A DNA stretch of 64,000 nucleotides from positions 18,892 to 82,891 of IMG/VR virus record IMGVR_UViG_3300013280_000006; one strand, given 5' to 3'. The notes beneath the pieces are model-generated. The model did no database searches and was not told the origin of the DNA. It saw nothing but the letters and a program-made list of their open reading frames with translations. The DNA is from a virus (Duplodnaviria; Caudoviricetes). Both the position numbers and the translations under genes were made by a program. Shown here piece after piece: positions 37,295-47,968 of the stretch (position 1 is the first letter of the stretch; each line of letters opens with the position of its first letter).

Positions 37295-38253
37295 CCGGAG
37301 GACTTTAGATTTTCCCAAAAATTTGGAGAAGCGGCCGCCTCCGTCAGCCGAAAACACAGAGACTCAAACACAAGAAACTGCTTAAATACAATGTGATAAA
37401 GCGACTCGTGCCAAGACGCAAAGATAGCGTTGTATGCCTGGGCAACGTACGTATCTTTGGAGCTATCAGAGTAGTTATACAGCTTCTGTGCATCCTTACT
37501 AAGCACATGCGGCAACTCTCGACTCATGTTCGCAGCATGCACCAGGCTGCACGTTAGTGTAAGTCTACGTAGACGATCGTGGTAACTCATGAGCGAAACG
37601 TTCGGAGGAGAGGTCGGTATTCTTCCATCAGCTAGCTCTTTTTTGAGTTGCTCTTGAATTTGATTGATTTCGTTCGTCAACCGCGTTCTAAATGTAACTG
37701 TGACCTCTCCGTTGAATAGCTTGTACTGCTTGACAAATACTGTTCCACCAAGAATCGAGCGAAGCCAGTTAGCTTTGTCAAACTCGTCCAACTCTTCTGT
37801 TGTGTGGTCCGTGTTCCAGGCACAGTTTGGGCATAGCTTTGGTTCTGTCAGAGCAGGCTGTGCTGGATCAGATACGTCTTTAATTGTGGTTACCGGCTTC
37901 GACTCAGCTGCGTTATTTTGAGTAGATTCTTCTGTCGTTTTTGTGGTCGTATCCGCAATCTGCGAAATATCCATGGTGGATAAAGCATCCAGTACACGTT
38001 GCCGCTCTTCTGGTGGAAGGTCGGATAGAGTTCTTTGCTGTGCAATATTTGGTTTTATATTTTTAAGCTTGTCTATGGTGGAAGAAGTATTCATTACCTC
38101 TTTGAGAGCATTTGCAAACTTTTCCCGTACGCTAGCTGGAAGTTTTTCAAGATCAATACTTCCATTTTTAACGGCAAACTCTATCGGAGTTAAACCTGAT
38201 CCGTCGTCTTTTAAAATAGTCCCGGTGGGAAAGTCCCTCATATTGGCGCTCAT
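37291..38253 (-). CDS. Tail assembly chaperone (G-like)
   Basis: Two genes upstream of the TMP; CPNC motif; ends with a slippery A AAT TTT. Confidence 0.55.
   Translation of the reverse strand: MSANMRDFPTGTILKDDGSGLTPIEFAVKNGSIDLEKLPASVREKFANALKEVMNTSSTIDKLKNIKPNIAQQRTLSDLPPEERQRVLDALSTMDISQIADTTTKTTEESTQNNAAESKPVTTIKDVSDPAQPALTEPKLCPNCAWNTDHTTEELDEFDKANWLRSILGGTVFVKQYKLFNGEVTVTFRTRLTNEINQIQEQLKKELADGRIPTSPPNVSLMSYHDRLRRLTLTCSLVHAANMSRELPHVLSKDAQKLYNYSDSSKDTYVAQAYNAIFASWHESLYHIVFKQFLVFESLCFRLTEAAASPNFWENLKSSG
37318..37324 (-). other. Candidate -1 ribosomal frameshift heptamer A AAU UUU
   Basis: X XXY YYZ in the correct frame eight codons before the stop; the -1 frame is open into 36842..37294. 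Confidence 0.55.
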
Positions 38254-38609
38254 AAGATGTCCCTGTTAGTGGCGTTTAACTCATCTATCCAAGCTTTAAT
38301 TGATTCAGTTTGACTTTCGTCCACCTGAACAACAATAGGTCTCCAAATATCAGGAGTCTCTAGCAATCCACCACATAATTCAATTTTTGGAGTAATCTCA
38401 GCTACGAACAAACCTTTAAATCTTTTTAACCTGTATCCCCAAGGTTTAGTTCCTGGATCGTCAGGCTTTACTTGAGACTGGTGAATAACCTCTCTAGACA
38501 CTAATCCGTACGAGTTATCTATTTTAAATGCGATGAGAAAGTAAGAACGTAGTGGCGTTTGTACTAAGTAGACTGGGGACAGTATTGAATTAAAGTCTTC
38601 AATTGACAC
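38250..38609 (-). CDS. Hypothetical protein
   Basis: 119-aa ORF with GTG start overlapping the spike gene end. Confidence 0.6.
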   Translation of the reverse strand: MSIEDFNSILSPVYLVQTPLRSYFLIAFKIDNSYGLVSREVIHQSQVKPDDPGTKPWGYRLKRFKGLFVAEITPKIELCGGLLETPDIWRPIVVQVDESQTESIKAWIDELNATNRDIL

Positions 38610-41229
38610 TGGTGATAAATCCTTTTTCTAGTGTAGTGGGTGTAACTGAGCCACCACGTGCATCTTCATACAGATCGTAAGACGTGGATTCGCCTGTGTC
38701 AAACGACCAGTATTTGTTTGTTACGTTGTACATCAAAGGTTTCTCTACCCAAGAGCGATACCCTGGGTATGGTAATGTATCTACGTTACCGTCTGGAGAC
38801 TTAACTGCTCTTTCGACCCAGCCGCTAGAAGAATACCCAGCGGCCTCGGCTCCTTGCTGCCAACGTGCTTGAACCCAGAACACCTCTGACTCACCATCTT
38901 TAAAGTTCACTGTGTACTGGTTCAGGTCTTCGTTATCTGTTCTGAAGGTGAATCCCATGGAAGTAATGATAGACTGAAGTCCTATGCCCTTTGTCGGCTC
39001 GTAAGGATTGGAGCCCTTCTGAGGGTCATCTGCCTGAGCGCGTATCTGCTCGATGCGGGAATTCACAGTACCTAAGGTTTGATTTACAGAGTTACGGAAT
39101 CGGTCACTGGTTATACCAAGCTCCCCGCCAGCAGAGGATGCCACTTGGTCTCCGCTAATGTCTCCGACAAATACTCCATCGCCCACAGTAAGAATGCTGC
39201 CGTTAAATACGGTATATCCAGTTTGTCCAAATATCACCGAAGATTCCGAGAACTCCATAGTGGCAGAAGTTGTCGATGTTGTGTCTGGCGTTGTTCCGAA
39301 CAGTACTCTCTTGTACTGATCAATATGCTCAATAGTCCGCGCTGCGTACGTTTGCACAGTTCCGGTACCACTCGACGCATCCAGAATTATGTCTGATTTA
39401 TCCAATGACCGCACGTACACTTGCTTGCCATAAATTGCAGCAACACCGTCGGTAGCCTTGAGCACAATTCCAGAACTAGTTACATCTGTGCCGTACTTGT
39501 TGACAAAATCCATGGTACTGCCAACACCGCGAGACTCAAGTAACAAACCGCCGCTCGATGAGTTGCCAGCAAGCACATGCAGATTTTTATCCGCCTTGAT
39601 TCTAAGATCTCCCGCCCCGGCAGAGAACTCAGCATGCTGCCCAGCACGCAAGTGGATATCCTTCGGAGCGAGAACGCTGAAACTTCTCCCATTAGCAACT
39701 AACACATCACCAGGGCAAGTGAGGATGATGTTACCACGCTCCATGATGATCTGTGATCCCCAGCCGTCCTCGATGACAACACGACCATCGTCTGTCATAT
39801 GTATAGCTGACCGACACTTGTAAAGTTTTCTCGTGTGGTCTGACTTGTGGTCTACGACCACAGATTCAAATGATGGAATGTTCAATCTGAATCTATATTG
39901 ACTTGGAACGTAGATCGACTTATCTATTAGGTCTTGACTGGTTGGTTTCGAGACGTAGAAATCCAATTTCTTAGTAGCTACGTTTTGCAGCGTTAACTTG
40001 TGTCTAACCCATGCGAAGTTATCAAATAGCTGTGCAATTTTGGTATTCTTGCCATCTTGATCTGGATCTTCATCGCGACCTTTAAAGTCAGTACGTTTTG
40101 GCGCGTCCGCCGAACCAAATACACCAGCAAACTTATGTTCGCTGTCTGGGTTGTTTGCTGAATCTCCAGTTGGATCATTTGGTGTCTTGAGTGGCTTAAC
40201 GACCGGAATGTAGCAGTCTTTAACTAGCGATATTGACTTACGTGAAGCGATGGACAATGTACCGTCAATATGGCCAACAACCTCAGCAACACCTACATTA
40301 TCGGTCTGTCTGTCTTTGACTTCTATGAATGATTCGGTTTCAAAATCCTTAAATTCCTGCGGAGGTATCGCTATGGTCCAACGAATGAGGTCACCAAGTA
40401 CGCCGCCTAACTTCGTAAGGCGCGAGATAGGAGCTTGGTTAGACTTTGCTATTGGCTCGTATCTGGCTTCTCGGTTACCGTTCACCCATAGTGGATCTGC
40501 TACGTTTAAAGTAGTCGGATCCGGTGGAAACTGCTCTTCCTTGTCTTGAGTTGCAATGGGTTCGGAGTATTTTAGAGAGCCACGCATTTCCCATGGATAG
40601 GGAGAGGATTGCGTGATCGAGAAGTTCTCACCCTCATCCTCCCCTTCCAAGTGATCCTGAAGAGCAGTCCAGTGCTGGAAGTTATGTCCAGCCAACCTGG
40701 TTGTCTGCGACAGATAGAATAACCAAAGACCGGTAAGTTCGTCGGCCTTTAGCGTGATGTCTGAAACACCAATATGAAATAGAATTCCAAGTGGATTACT
40801 AAATCCGTACTCCCCGGCAAGCACGTCATAGGGAGTACCGGCATTGAAATTCATCTTACGAGTCGGAGTCTGCACTGCATTGTTGTGCGCAACGTCTTCT
40901 TTAATACCGACACCAGAATATGGAGTTACCCACGTAGGCTGAACATTGACCGAGCTCTCAGTTAAGAACGGGGCAGCTCCAAGTATGTAACAATGCGGCG
41001 CGTTTGGTGGTTGATAGCAGACCACCAACGTACCAGGAAGGTAGACGCCGTGAGACCTGACACCGTAACCAATACTAGAGAAGTTAGCGGGAGTGCCGTA
41101 GATTGGGGCACTAAAGTTAACCGATATTTGGTACAAATTCCAAAACTGCACAACGTCTTCAATTACCCCCAAGAAGACTGTGCGATCTACTTTATCCTGT
41201 CCGTGTTTTCGACTATCTAAGGTATGCAT
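38599..41229 (-). CDS. gp5/VgrG-like central baseplate spike
   Basis: N-terminal OB-fold-like region (YLPGTLVVC) and beta-helix repeats (SAIHMTDDGRVVIEDGWGSQIIMERGNIILTCPGD). Confidence 0.8.
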   Translation of the reverse strand: MHTLDSRKHGQDKVDRTVFLGVIEDVVQFWNLYQISVNFSAPIYGTPANFSSIGYGVRSHGVYLPGTLVVCYQPPNAPHCYILGAAPFLTESSVNVQPTWVTPYSGVGIKEDVAHNNAVQTPTRKMNFNAGTPYDVLAGEYGFSNPLGILFHIGVSDITLKADELTGLWLFYLSQTTRLAGHNFQHWTALQDHLEGEDEGENFSITQSSPYPWEMRGSLKYSEPIATQDKEEQFPPDPTTLNVADPLWVNGNREARYEPIAKSNQAPISRLTKLGGVLGDLIRWTIAIPPQEFKDFETESFIEVKDRQTDNVGVAEVVGHIDGTLSIASRKSISLVKDCYIPVVKPLKTPNDPTGDSANNPDSEHKFAGVFGSADAPKRTDFKGRDEDPDQDGKNTKIAQLFDNFAWVRHKLTLQNVATKKLDFYVSKPTSQDLIDKSIYVPSQYRFRLNIPSFESVVVDHKSDHTRKLYKCRSAIHMTDDGRVVIEDGWGSQIIMERGNIILTCPGDVLVANGRSFSVLAPKDIHLRAGQHAEFSAGAGDLRIKADKNLHVLAGNSSSGGLLLESRGVGSTMDFVNKYGTDVTSSGIVLKATDGVAAIYGKQVYVRSLDKSDIILDASSGTGTVQTYAARTIEHIDQYKRVLFGTTPDTTSTTSATMEFSESSVIFGQTGYTVFNGSILTVGDGVFVGDISGDQVASSAGGELGITSDRFRNSVNQTLGTVNSRIEQIRAQADDPQKGSNPYEPTKGIGLQSIITSMGFTFRTDNEDLNQYTVNFKDGESEVFWVQARWQQGAEAAGYSSSGWVERAVKSPDGNVDTLPYPGYRSWVEKPLMYNVTNKYWSFDTGESTSYDLYEDARGGSVTPTTLEKGFITSVN

Positions 41230-41230
41230 G

Positions 41231-41246
41231 TTCTCACACGTGAGAA
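41231..41246. promoter_or_regulatory. Palindrome TTCTCA-CGTG-TGAGAA (minus-strand reading) 1 nt before the spike ATG
   Basis: Second copy of the 799..814 motif; a TATACT -10-like hexamer lies at 41252..41257. Confidence 0.35.
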
Positions 41247-41261
41247 TATCAGTATAGTAGC

Positions 41262-41299
41262 CCTAAACAAAAAACGCCAGTCCCGTGAGACTGGCGTTT
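41262..41299 (-). terminator. Rho-independent terminator after the tail tube gene
   Basis: Stem AAACGCCAGTC/GACTGGCGTTT followed by a T-rich tract (TTTGTTT) on the minus strand. Confidence 0.85.
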
Positions 41300-41321
41300 G
41301 ATAGTATAGATAAAGCACATG

Positions 41322-41813
41322 TTACGTATTCGTTTGTTCCATACCGGTAAAGACTAGTGTCAAGTTTTCTGTCAACGCGATCTGGTCTACTGCAATCTGA
41401 AATGCAATGGCGCTAATTAAGCAATTAGAAAACTTCCATCTAGATGCCTGGACTGGTTTACCTGCAATCGTACCACCTGGGCAATCAGCGCCCGGTTTAA
41501 CAGCTAGAACGATATTGTTGTCTTCTACGTTACACACTTTAGAAAACTTTTCAAGAAATACAGCGTTCACAGGTGCCGGGGCCGCTAGGCGAGCAATAGA
41601 CATTTGACCCTCTGGACGACCAGTAACATAGTAAGTCGCCTTCGATGGGCCAAGCTCAAACACGCGTTGTACTGGTCGCGCGTACTGCGCCTGAACCGAC
41701 TGGACTAAAAATCCAAGACCACCGTCACCAGCGCCACTGATGGTAAATGTCAGCGTAGCGTTATCCATCGAGAATGCTCCGCCGAATGCTGGTAAGCTTC
41801 CAAAAATAGCCAT
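41322..41813 (-). CDS. Tail tube protein
   Basis: 163 aa after the sheath; LVQSVQAQYARPVQRVFELG...GRPEGQMSIARL. Confidence 0.85.
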   Translation of the reverse strand: MAIFGSLPAFGGAFSMDNATLTFTISGAGDGGLGFLVQSVQAQYARPVQRVFELGPSKATYYVTGRPEGQMSIARLAAPAPVNAVFLEKFSKVCNVEDNNIVLAVKPGADCPGGTIAGKPVQASRWKFSNCLISAIAFQIAVDQIALTENLTLVFTGMEQTNT

Positions 41814-41824
41814 CTGTTACTCCC

Positions 41825-44602
41825 TTAGACAACCAAGTACAGTTCGACGTTGTTGAGCGGATAGGGCACAACTAGGTCGATAATTATGACAATTCTATCT
41901 CTCAACACTGTATGGGCGCGAAGTTCTCTAATCGCGGTTCCCTCGAGAACTTGACCACCAAGTAATGCACTGAATCCGGCCGCTTTCAAGAAAGAGATGC
42001 CGCCATCAATTTGAGTTCTGATCACCTCTAAAGTAGTGTCGGTTACGTTAGCACGTCCGATGAACGGCTTGAGACGGTTCAAGAAGAAGTAGCTGATCGC
42101 ATCAACGTTCTTAACAATGTTCAACTCTCTTGCATTGAGGTCCACGGTATCTGTAGACAGTTGATGTCTGGTGAAGACGTCTCCAGTCTGCATATCCTGA
42201 GTCACGATCCACACACCAAAACTTGCCAGACGGTCTAGCTGAGATCGAGTAAACCGATCGATGACGTTGCGGGCATCGTCGAATCCGTTGATCTCTACAT
42301 TCGTCAAGCCTTGTTGTGGTGCTGAGGATCCGATAAGTCCAGCGATTGCGGCGCACAGATGGTAGCCATCGACGTAAACACCACCACTCTTGATTTTCGA
42401 TGGATACACGTTATACACACGACGGCTCGTGAATCCGCCTACCTTATCGCCGATCTGGTCAACAGAGTCATCAGCCGTTGGCGTCCTCCACACTTCAACC
42501 TTAGATGGAGTCCCGATAACTGGACTTGGTGCCTCGGTCAAAAGTACACGAGATTCACTCAGTACCTCATCGACGGTGTAGGTGTCGTAGGTCGTATTTC
42601 CGTAGTTATCATTTCCGTAGTTCAGCCGGACAAGATCCCCAGCTCGAACACCTTTAGTGATGAAGCCTACGTCTGCGCTGCTGTCTAGATCCAGGTAGCC
42701 ACTCGAATCCGTGGTTGCAAGTACGGCCGAGCTGTCGGAATTTGTCTTGATGAGTGGCTGTGGGTTCTCTTCTTCCGAGCAGAGGAACGCGACTCGCCAC
42801 AGTCCGATTTCTGGTGTAGATGTGGACTGCACGTGAGCTACTACAAGATCCTGAATAGCTTTATTGAATGTCAGTGGTACGAAAGTATAGACATCATCTC
42901 GGCTTTCAGCCAGACCAAGTACAAACGTGTAACCAGCCACGTCGTTCGTTGGCACCGCCATCATTCTGATTCCAGTTGATGGTGCAGTCGACAAACCTGA
43001 GTTCGCCAAGGCTTTAGTTGCGGCATACACAAGAGGATTATCTGGGTCAATTTGCGTGTCAAACAGCGTAGTCAAATCACTCAGAGACGTGACCTCATAA
43101 ATTCTGTTGGCCCGATCTGTAATTAGCTCTCGCCAGTGAACGTAGATGTCTCCGCCCATGATTGGAAGGGCTTCTGTACCATCTAACCAACTCGAGTCAA
43201 ACTCACGCATACCGGGATCGAACGTAATCGTTGTTGCGTTCTGAGACCAATTCGTCAGCGCTAAGGTAAAGATCTCAGCGGGCAACTCCAGGTTTTTACG
43301 AATGTTCAGAGTTACCGACAAGTCACGAACGTTCGATGCGGACGTTGTGACCATTACATCCGGCAGAGATTTATTCAGTACGATCGTACGCACTGGACCG
43401 TCAGCCACAGCTGTAACAGGGATGTAATACTGATCGCCCGCACACAGTACAGACTGCGCCCAGGTTACAGTAACACCGTGGTTTCCGACAGTAAATGCAC
43501 CCGAGGCTACCGTTCTAGGAGGACTTCCGTCTACCCCCGTAGAAGTTGTGACCTGAATAATCGGACGATCATCCACCGAACCTGCGCCAATGGTTCCGCC
43601 ACGAGTAACCGTGAGAATATACGTAGTATCCGATGGGCCTGTAGTGTAGGTACCTGCAGACGTAGCTACGGGCTTAGTAAATGCCTGAGTTACGGTAACC
43701 GTCCACTTTGCTCCAGCGGGGATCTCGGTAGTGGATGGAGATGGGTTAAACCTGAACAGCAACCCGTTTGCCCCAAGCGGCATAGTGCTTGTATAGTTAG
43801 TTGTGGTTGGTTTGTAACCGAGTACGCTGTCCTTACCAGACGCAGACGTAATATTTACGATCATGGTCGACGGGTCATATCCCGTCGAGCCGCGAATAAC
43901 CTCAATTGTGTAGGTTTCGCTCAACACACCGACCTTGACACCGCTATACGTTCCAGTGACTAGGATAGGAATAGAGCCAACTACGGTAGTCGGCGTAGGT
44001 CCTGCCGACAACGTAGTAGCTTTATTTCCAGATGCCGGAGCTGCCGCACCGACTGTAGCATCCACCTGATCAGCTTCTAGGCCAATGATTACGCCACCTG
44101 CGTCATACCGTACACTGTCCAGCACGATGCTGACCTTAGCGTAATCACCAACTTTTACATCTCTACCTTCTAGGGCAGAGTCGAGCGGATAGTCTGTCTT
44201 ATCAACTAGATTGCGCTCATTGAACCTGATCTTATTCTTTGATCCAATTGGTGTGCTAATGACTGCGTTGCCAAGAGACGCGTTGAATGAACCGTTGATT
44301 GACGCGGATTGTGCACTTGAAGCATCGTTGAAATACTCAAGAAGCGCGTTTTCCAAATACACCTTTGTGTAGCTTAAATCAACCGACGCGCCTGCCTGCC
44401 TTCCAAGGTCTGACAACCAGTTGAACGAATTACCCAACAGGGGGTCATAGGCCCCGGCTAACGCTTTTTCTGATGCGACGTTATAGCGGTGAAGGCGAAA
44501 TTCTGGGCCGAACAGAAATGCGCGAAGAGGTTGAGTCAACTCGGTTGGAGTTGCAGTAAATTGCTGAAAAACTTGCACTTGTGGGAGTACAACTGAAGCC
44601 AT
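41825..44602 (-). CDS. Contractile tail sheath protein (large)
   Basis: C-terminal sheath core (RHQLSTD...ELNIVKNVDAISY...FIGRANV...VPYPLNNVELYL). Confidence 0.92.
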   Translation of the reverse strand: MASVVLPQVQVFQQFTATPTELTQPLRAFLFGPEFRLHRYNVASEKALAGAYDPLLGNSFNWLSDLGRQAGASVDLSYTKVYLENALLEYFNDASSAQSASINGSFNASLGNAVISTPIGSKNKIRFNERNLVDKTDYPLDSALEGRDVKVGDYAKVSIVLDSVRYDAGGVIIGLEADQVDATVGAAAPASGNKATTLSAGPTPTTVVGSIPILVTGTYSGVKVGVLSETYTIEVIRGSTGYDPSTMIVNITSASGKDSVLGYKPTTTNYTSTMPLGANGLLFRFNPSPSTTEIPAGAKWTVTVTQAFTKPVATSAGTYTTGPSDTTYILTVTRGGTIGAGSVDDRPIIQVTTSTGVDGSPPRTVASGAFTVGNHGVTVTWAQSVLCAGDQYYIPVTAVADGPVRTIVLNKSLPDVMVTTSASNVRDLSVTLNIRKNLELPAEIFTLALTNWSQNATTITFDPGMREFDSSWLDGTEALPIMGGDIYVHWRELITDRANRIYEVTSLSDLTTLFDTQIDPDNPLVYAATKALANSGLSTAPSTGIRMMAVPTNDVAGYTFVLGLAESRDDVYTFVPLTFNKAIQDLVVAHVQSTSTPEIGLWRVAFLCSEEENPQPLIKTNSDSSAVLATTDSSGYLDLDSSADVGFITKGVRAGDLVRLNYGNDNYGNTTYDTYTVDEVLSESRVLLTEAPSPVIGTPSKVEVWRTPTADDSVDQIGDKVGGFTSRRVYNVYPSKIKSGGVYVDGYHLCAAIAGLIGSSAPQQGLTNVEINGFDDARNVIDRFTRSQLDRLASFGVWIVTQDMQTGDVFTRHQLSTDTVDLNARELNIVKNVDAISYFFLNRLKPFIGRANVTDTTLEVIRTQIDGGISFLKAAGFSALLGGQVLEGTAIRELRAHTVLRDRIVIIIDLVVPYPLNNVELYLVV

Positions 44603-45309
44603 TAGGTATTCTCCGCATTATTCGCCGCCAACGATATAGCCTTAAGTACAGGTGACTCTTCATATATTACCGTCTCTCGATAATAAGTGTATGTTACTGT
44701 GATAGGTATTACCCAATTATCTTTATCACCAGATTCTTTTAATTTTTTCATACGCTCAAGTGAGTTTATCTCGAACGTACTCAACGTCAGATCTTTCCTG
44801 ATCACTTGTTTAAAGTCTAGCAGATAGAACCAGACCTGTGTTGCAAGCTCTTCACACATCCCAGCTTCTCCAGCGATCACATAAAAAATGTGACCTCCGT
44901 CAATTTGAAGTATCTGCTGATTATTTCCCAGCGTTGCGTTGATATTTGGATCGTGTCCATTACCGAGCAAGTTACTTGGTGTCTGGTACCTGTCTCCAAT
45001 TGATAGTTTCTTACCTAGTGCAAACTGATTTCGAGCCACAAGAATTGCTGGAATTTTTCCAGCGATAGCTTCGTTGTATTTAGAGATAGATTCAATTCGA
45101 ATTCCAGTATTAGCTGTTTGTTTAGTCTGATCTATTTCTAAGTATCCGTATTTACTCTTACGAAGCGCTGGTGACATCATGCTTGTCTCTGGGTTTAAAA
45201 ACAGAGCGCGCATGAGCTGCACAAAATACCCAGTCAAAAGTATCGGTGACAAGCCAACAGACCCAAGAATGCTGTCACGCTCTAAATGGAGCGCTGGTTT
45301 AGTACTCAT
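44602..45309 (-). CDS. Tail terminator / tail completion protein
   Basis: Immediately precedes the sheath; PAILVARN motif; start at ATG 45309 (TAATG coupling). Confidence 0.6.
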   Translation of the reverse strand: MSTKPALHLERDSILGSVGLSPILLTGYFVQLMRALFLNPETSMMSPALRKSKYGYLEIDQTKQTANTGIRIESISKYNEAIAGKIPAILVARNQFALGKKLSIGDRYQTPSNLLGNGHDPNINATLGNNQQILQIDGGHIFYVIAGEAGMCEELATQVWFYLLDFKQVIRKDLTLSTFEINSLERMKKLKESGDKDNWVIPITVTYTYYRETVIYEESPVLKAISLAANNAENT

Positions 45310-47804
45310 TAAGCAGGCTCCACAATCATCCAAGCAATCACGGACGTATCGGTGTTATCTTCCGAGGTGATAGTGAATGATGTTCCGGCGCTTCGTCCGG
45401 TGACTCCGATAGATTTCGGAACAGATACTGTACCCAAAGATTGAATGGTTAAGAATATTCGACTATTCGAAGTTACCTTTGTAGTGCTCACTGTAGCGGT
45501 TCCTGCACTCAAGGTAGCGGTACCCATTGTCGCATTACTGCCTTCTTTAATGAGCAGACCATTGCCTGCGGTACCCAGATACAATGAGCCATTTGCAATA
45601 TTGACGTTACCAGCCTCAACCTCAACGGCCCATGCGGTTGTGATCGTTGCGTTTGATCCTGCTACTGGCGCGCCAGTGACGGAAAACGTTACAGCCTTAG
45701 TTACCGTGCTGGCTGATGCAAAGGCGATTGTAGGCGGTGTTATTCGGAACGCCCGTTCCGTGGTAATTGTTCCGGCGCTCCATGTCTGTGTATTTGCCCC
45801 AAGATTAAAGTCTGCGAAAATAACCTCAGTCGACGCTGTACGTCCGCTCGTGGTGCGGGGCTGTACCTGCATCTTTCCGTCTTCATATATCTCGAAGTGT
45901 GAGGTGTCTGCTGCGGTCCAGCGACACACGATCGCTCTACTGCCAATCTGCCTCCACGCGTTTGATGCGGACGGCCCGTTGCCGTTGGTGACTACCATTA
46001 CGTTGCCGGTCACTCCGCTATAACCCGTGACGACTACAAAGTACACGTCGCTACTCGGAGCGCCAAGAGTAACGGTAAAGAACAGATTTCCGGCCAGCAA
46101 CTCGGATGTATTGCTGCTCGACATGCGCCAATAACCGCGTTCCGTATTAGTGCTGTCAACCACTCTAAGGTACTGATGCGGTGTGCCAGTCTGATACCCC
46201 TTGAGTATCAGCATCGGCTGAGCAGTAGTCACGCCCAACAGTTGAAGCGTGCCATTCGAGGCATTGTAGGTGAAATTGTCGGTCGATCCGATGGCGCTGC
46301 TGGACGACGCATAAAAGACACGGTTCGCCGTGAATGAACTCAAACCAGTACCACCGTACCCGGTACCGATAAGCGTGCCCTGCCACGTCCCTGTACCGAT
46401 GGTGCCGACAGTCGTGATATTGGCAGTTCCGGTCCATGTAGAGAGTGCGGTATTCTCTACGTTACCGAGACCAAGGGTAGTTCTCTGTGCTGTCGCATCA
46501 GCGTCATCTACCAAATTCCTACCAGCCGAAGTAAAGTCTGCAAGAGCAGCAGTTCCGGATCCAGTGAAATATGGTAGTTTATCCGCAGCCGAAGTCAATC
46601 CGGCGATTGCCGCCAATTCGGCATCGTAAGCCTGAACCTGAGAGCCAATGGCGACACCGAGGTTAGACCGTGCTGTTGCAGTGTTCGTTAAATCGGATAA
46701 GTTATTTGAAGCCTGCAGAACTACAGCGAAAGAGCCGGTTCCGCCCGTACTGAATAATAGTGTTGAGTTATTTGACGCCGGTGCAGCGTTAGGGAGAGTG
46801 AGCGTGTAGTTTGTTCCGGCGTTGGCCCGCTGGATATTAACGTAATTAGTGCCATTGCTGGCCAATACGGAAAATACGCCACATTGAACCCATGAAGTGG
46901 GAGATCCGAATATGCCAACCCCGACTCCGAGACCCATTCCACCATCACCAGAGAAAGTGAAATATGATGTTAGATCATCACTGCTTCGAATCTGAAATAC
47001 TATGTCCTCTATTTGCTGTGATCGTAGTACCAAAGCGGTCTCGCCGACTGCCCCAGTAACTATGTTTCTAGTGGAGGTGCTCGGATTGGTAACTACATAC
47101 TGTGTGTGCGGGTCACCGGAGGTTAAACCATTCAAGGAGCTATGCTCAAGATACGGTACAAACGCTATCTGTCCAGCATTATTAACTGTCCAGATATACC
47201 CAGAACCAGCGGCTGGGTTGTTGGGTAGCGATAGAACATAGCTTGTACCATTCGCCGCCCTGCCTAAGGTAGTTGCTGCGGTTCCGTTGATTAGCGTCAA
47301 TCCAGCGTTTTGATCAATGCTAATACCAGCCCCATTAGTAACAGCTATACCACCTTCAGCGTCAATTTCTACGGTTACGTTATTTCCCTCTCTAACTCTA
47401 ATCGCCGTGTCAGTGGAATCATCTAATCTGATATCTAGGCCCATAGAGCCAACAGGAACAGTAATCAGATTTCGAGAAGAAGTTGTCGGAGAGGTAATTA
47501 CGTACTGACTGTGGTCATCGTCTGAGAGTCCATTAAGAGATCCATGGTCGGCAGTCCCGCCACCCGACCCAGCAGGGCCGGTTGGTCCTGTGGGTCCCTG
47601 TGGTCCGGTTGGGCCAGCGGGTCCCACCGGTCCCTGCGGGCCGGGTGGTCCTTGTGTCGCCGCTCCTGCGAGATATGACCAATAGCTGCGCCACTGCGAG
47701 CCATTTGGCGGCATCTTGTCAGTACTCGAGGTGTGGTTTAGTTTGCAGACGTAAACTACACCATTGATACTGATTAGGTCATTTATCTGATACAGCTTGG
47801 CCAC
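45309..47804 (-). CDS. Collagen-containing fibre protein A
   Basis: GTG 47804 with GGAG SD; CBM5/12-like N-terminus, GPX repeats, Ser/Thr/Gly-rich fibre modules. Confidence 0.8.
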   Translation of the reverse strand: MAKLYQINDLISINGVVYVCKLNHTSSTDKMPPNGSQWRSYWSYLAGAATQGPPGPQGPVGPAGPTGPQGPTGPTGPAGSGGGTADHGSLNGLSDDDHSQYVITSPTTSSRNLITVPVGSMGLDIRLDDSTDTAIRVREGNNVTVEIDAEGGIAVTNGAGISIDQNAGLTLINGTAATTLGRAANGTSYVLSLPNNPAAGSGYIWTVNNAGQIAFVPYLEHSSLNGLTSGDPHTQYVVTNPSTSTRNIVTGAVGETALVLRSQQIEDIVFQIRSSDDLTSYFTFSGDGGMGLGVGVGIFGSPTSWVQCGVFSVLASNGTNYVNIQRANAGTNYTLTLPNAAPASNNSTLLFSTGGTGSFAVVLQASNNLSDLTNTATARSNLGVAIGSQVQAYDAELAAIAGLTSAADKLPYFTGSGTAALADFTSAGRNLVDDADATAQRTTLGLGNVENTALSTWTGTANITTVGTIGTGTWQGTLIGTGYGGTGLSSFTANRVFYASSSSAIGSTDNFTYNASNGTLQLLGVTTAQPMLILKGYQTGTPHQYLRVVDSTNTERGYWRMSSSNTSELLAGNLFFTVTLGAPSSDVYFVVVTGYSGVTGNVMVVTNGNGPSASNAWRQIGSRAIVCRWTAADTSHFEIYEDGKMQVQPRTTSGRTASTEVIFADFNLGANTQTWSAGTITTERAFRITPPTIAFASASTVTKAVTFSVTGAPVAGSNATITTAWAVEVEAGNVNIANGSLYLGTAGNGLLIKEGSNATMGTATLSAGTATVSTTKVTSNSRIFLTIQSLGTVSVPKSIGVTGRSAGTSFTITSEDNTDTSVIAWMIVEPA

Positions 47805-47815
47805 AAATATCTCCG

Positions 47816-47968
47816 TCAGAAGACTACGATACGTTCTCCGCCTACGAGCAGCTGTCCGAAAATAGCCCAACTGTCGAACGAAATTGCACTTGTATACGCG
47901 GTACCGGACGAGTACTCCGGTAGATTGAACACTGCGTAGTTATTGTCAAATAAAATATCAGTAATCAT
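47816..47968 (-). CDS. Small 50-aa protein not in the ORF track
   Basis: [50 protein letters not shown]; ATGA coupling upstream; fills the gap exactly. Confidence 0.65.
   Translation of the reverse strand: MITDILFDNNYAVFNLPEYSSGTAYTSAISFDSWAIFGQLLVGGERIVVF

Noticed and set aside
26487-44602. Extracellular contractile injection system or tailocin
   Set aside because: The tail module is linked to a full head module (protease, scaffold, MCP, neck), so this is a phage.
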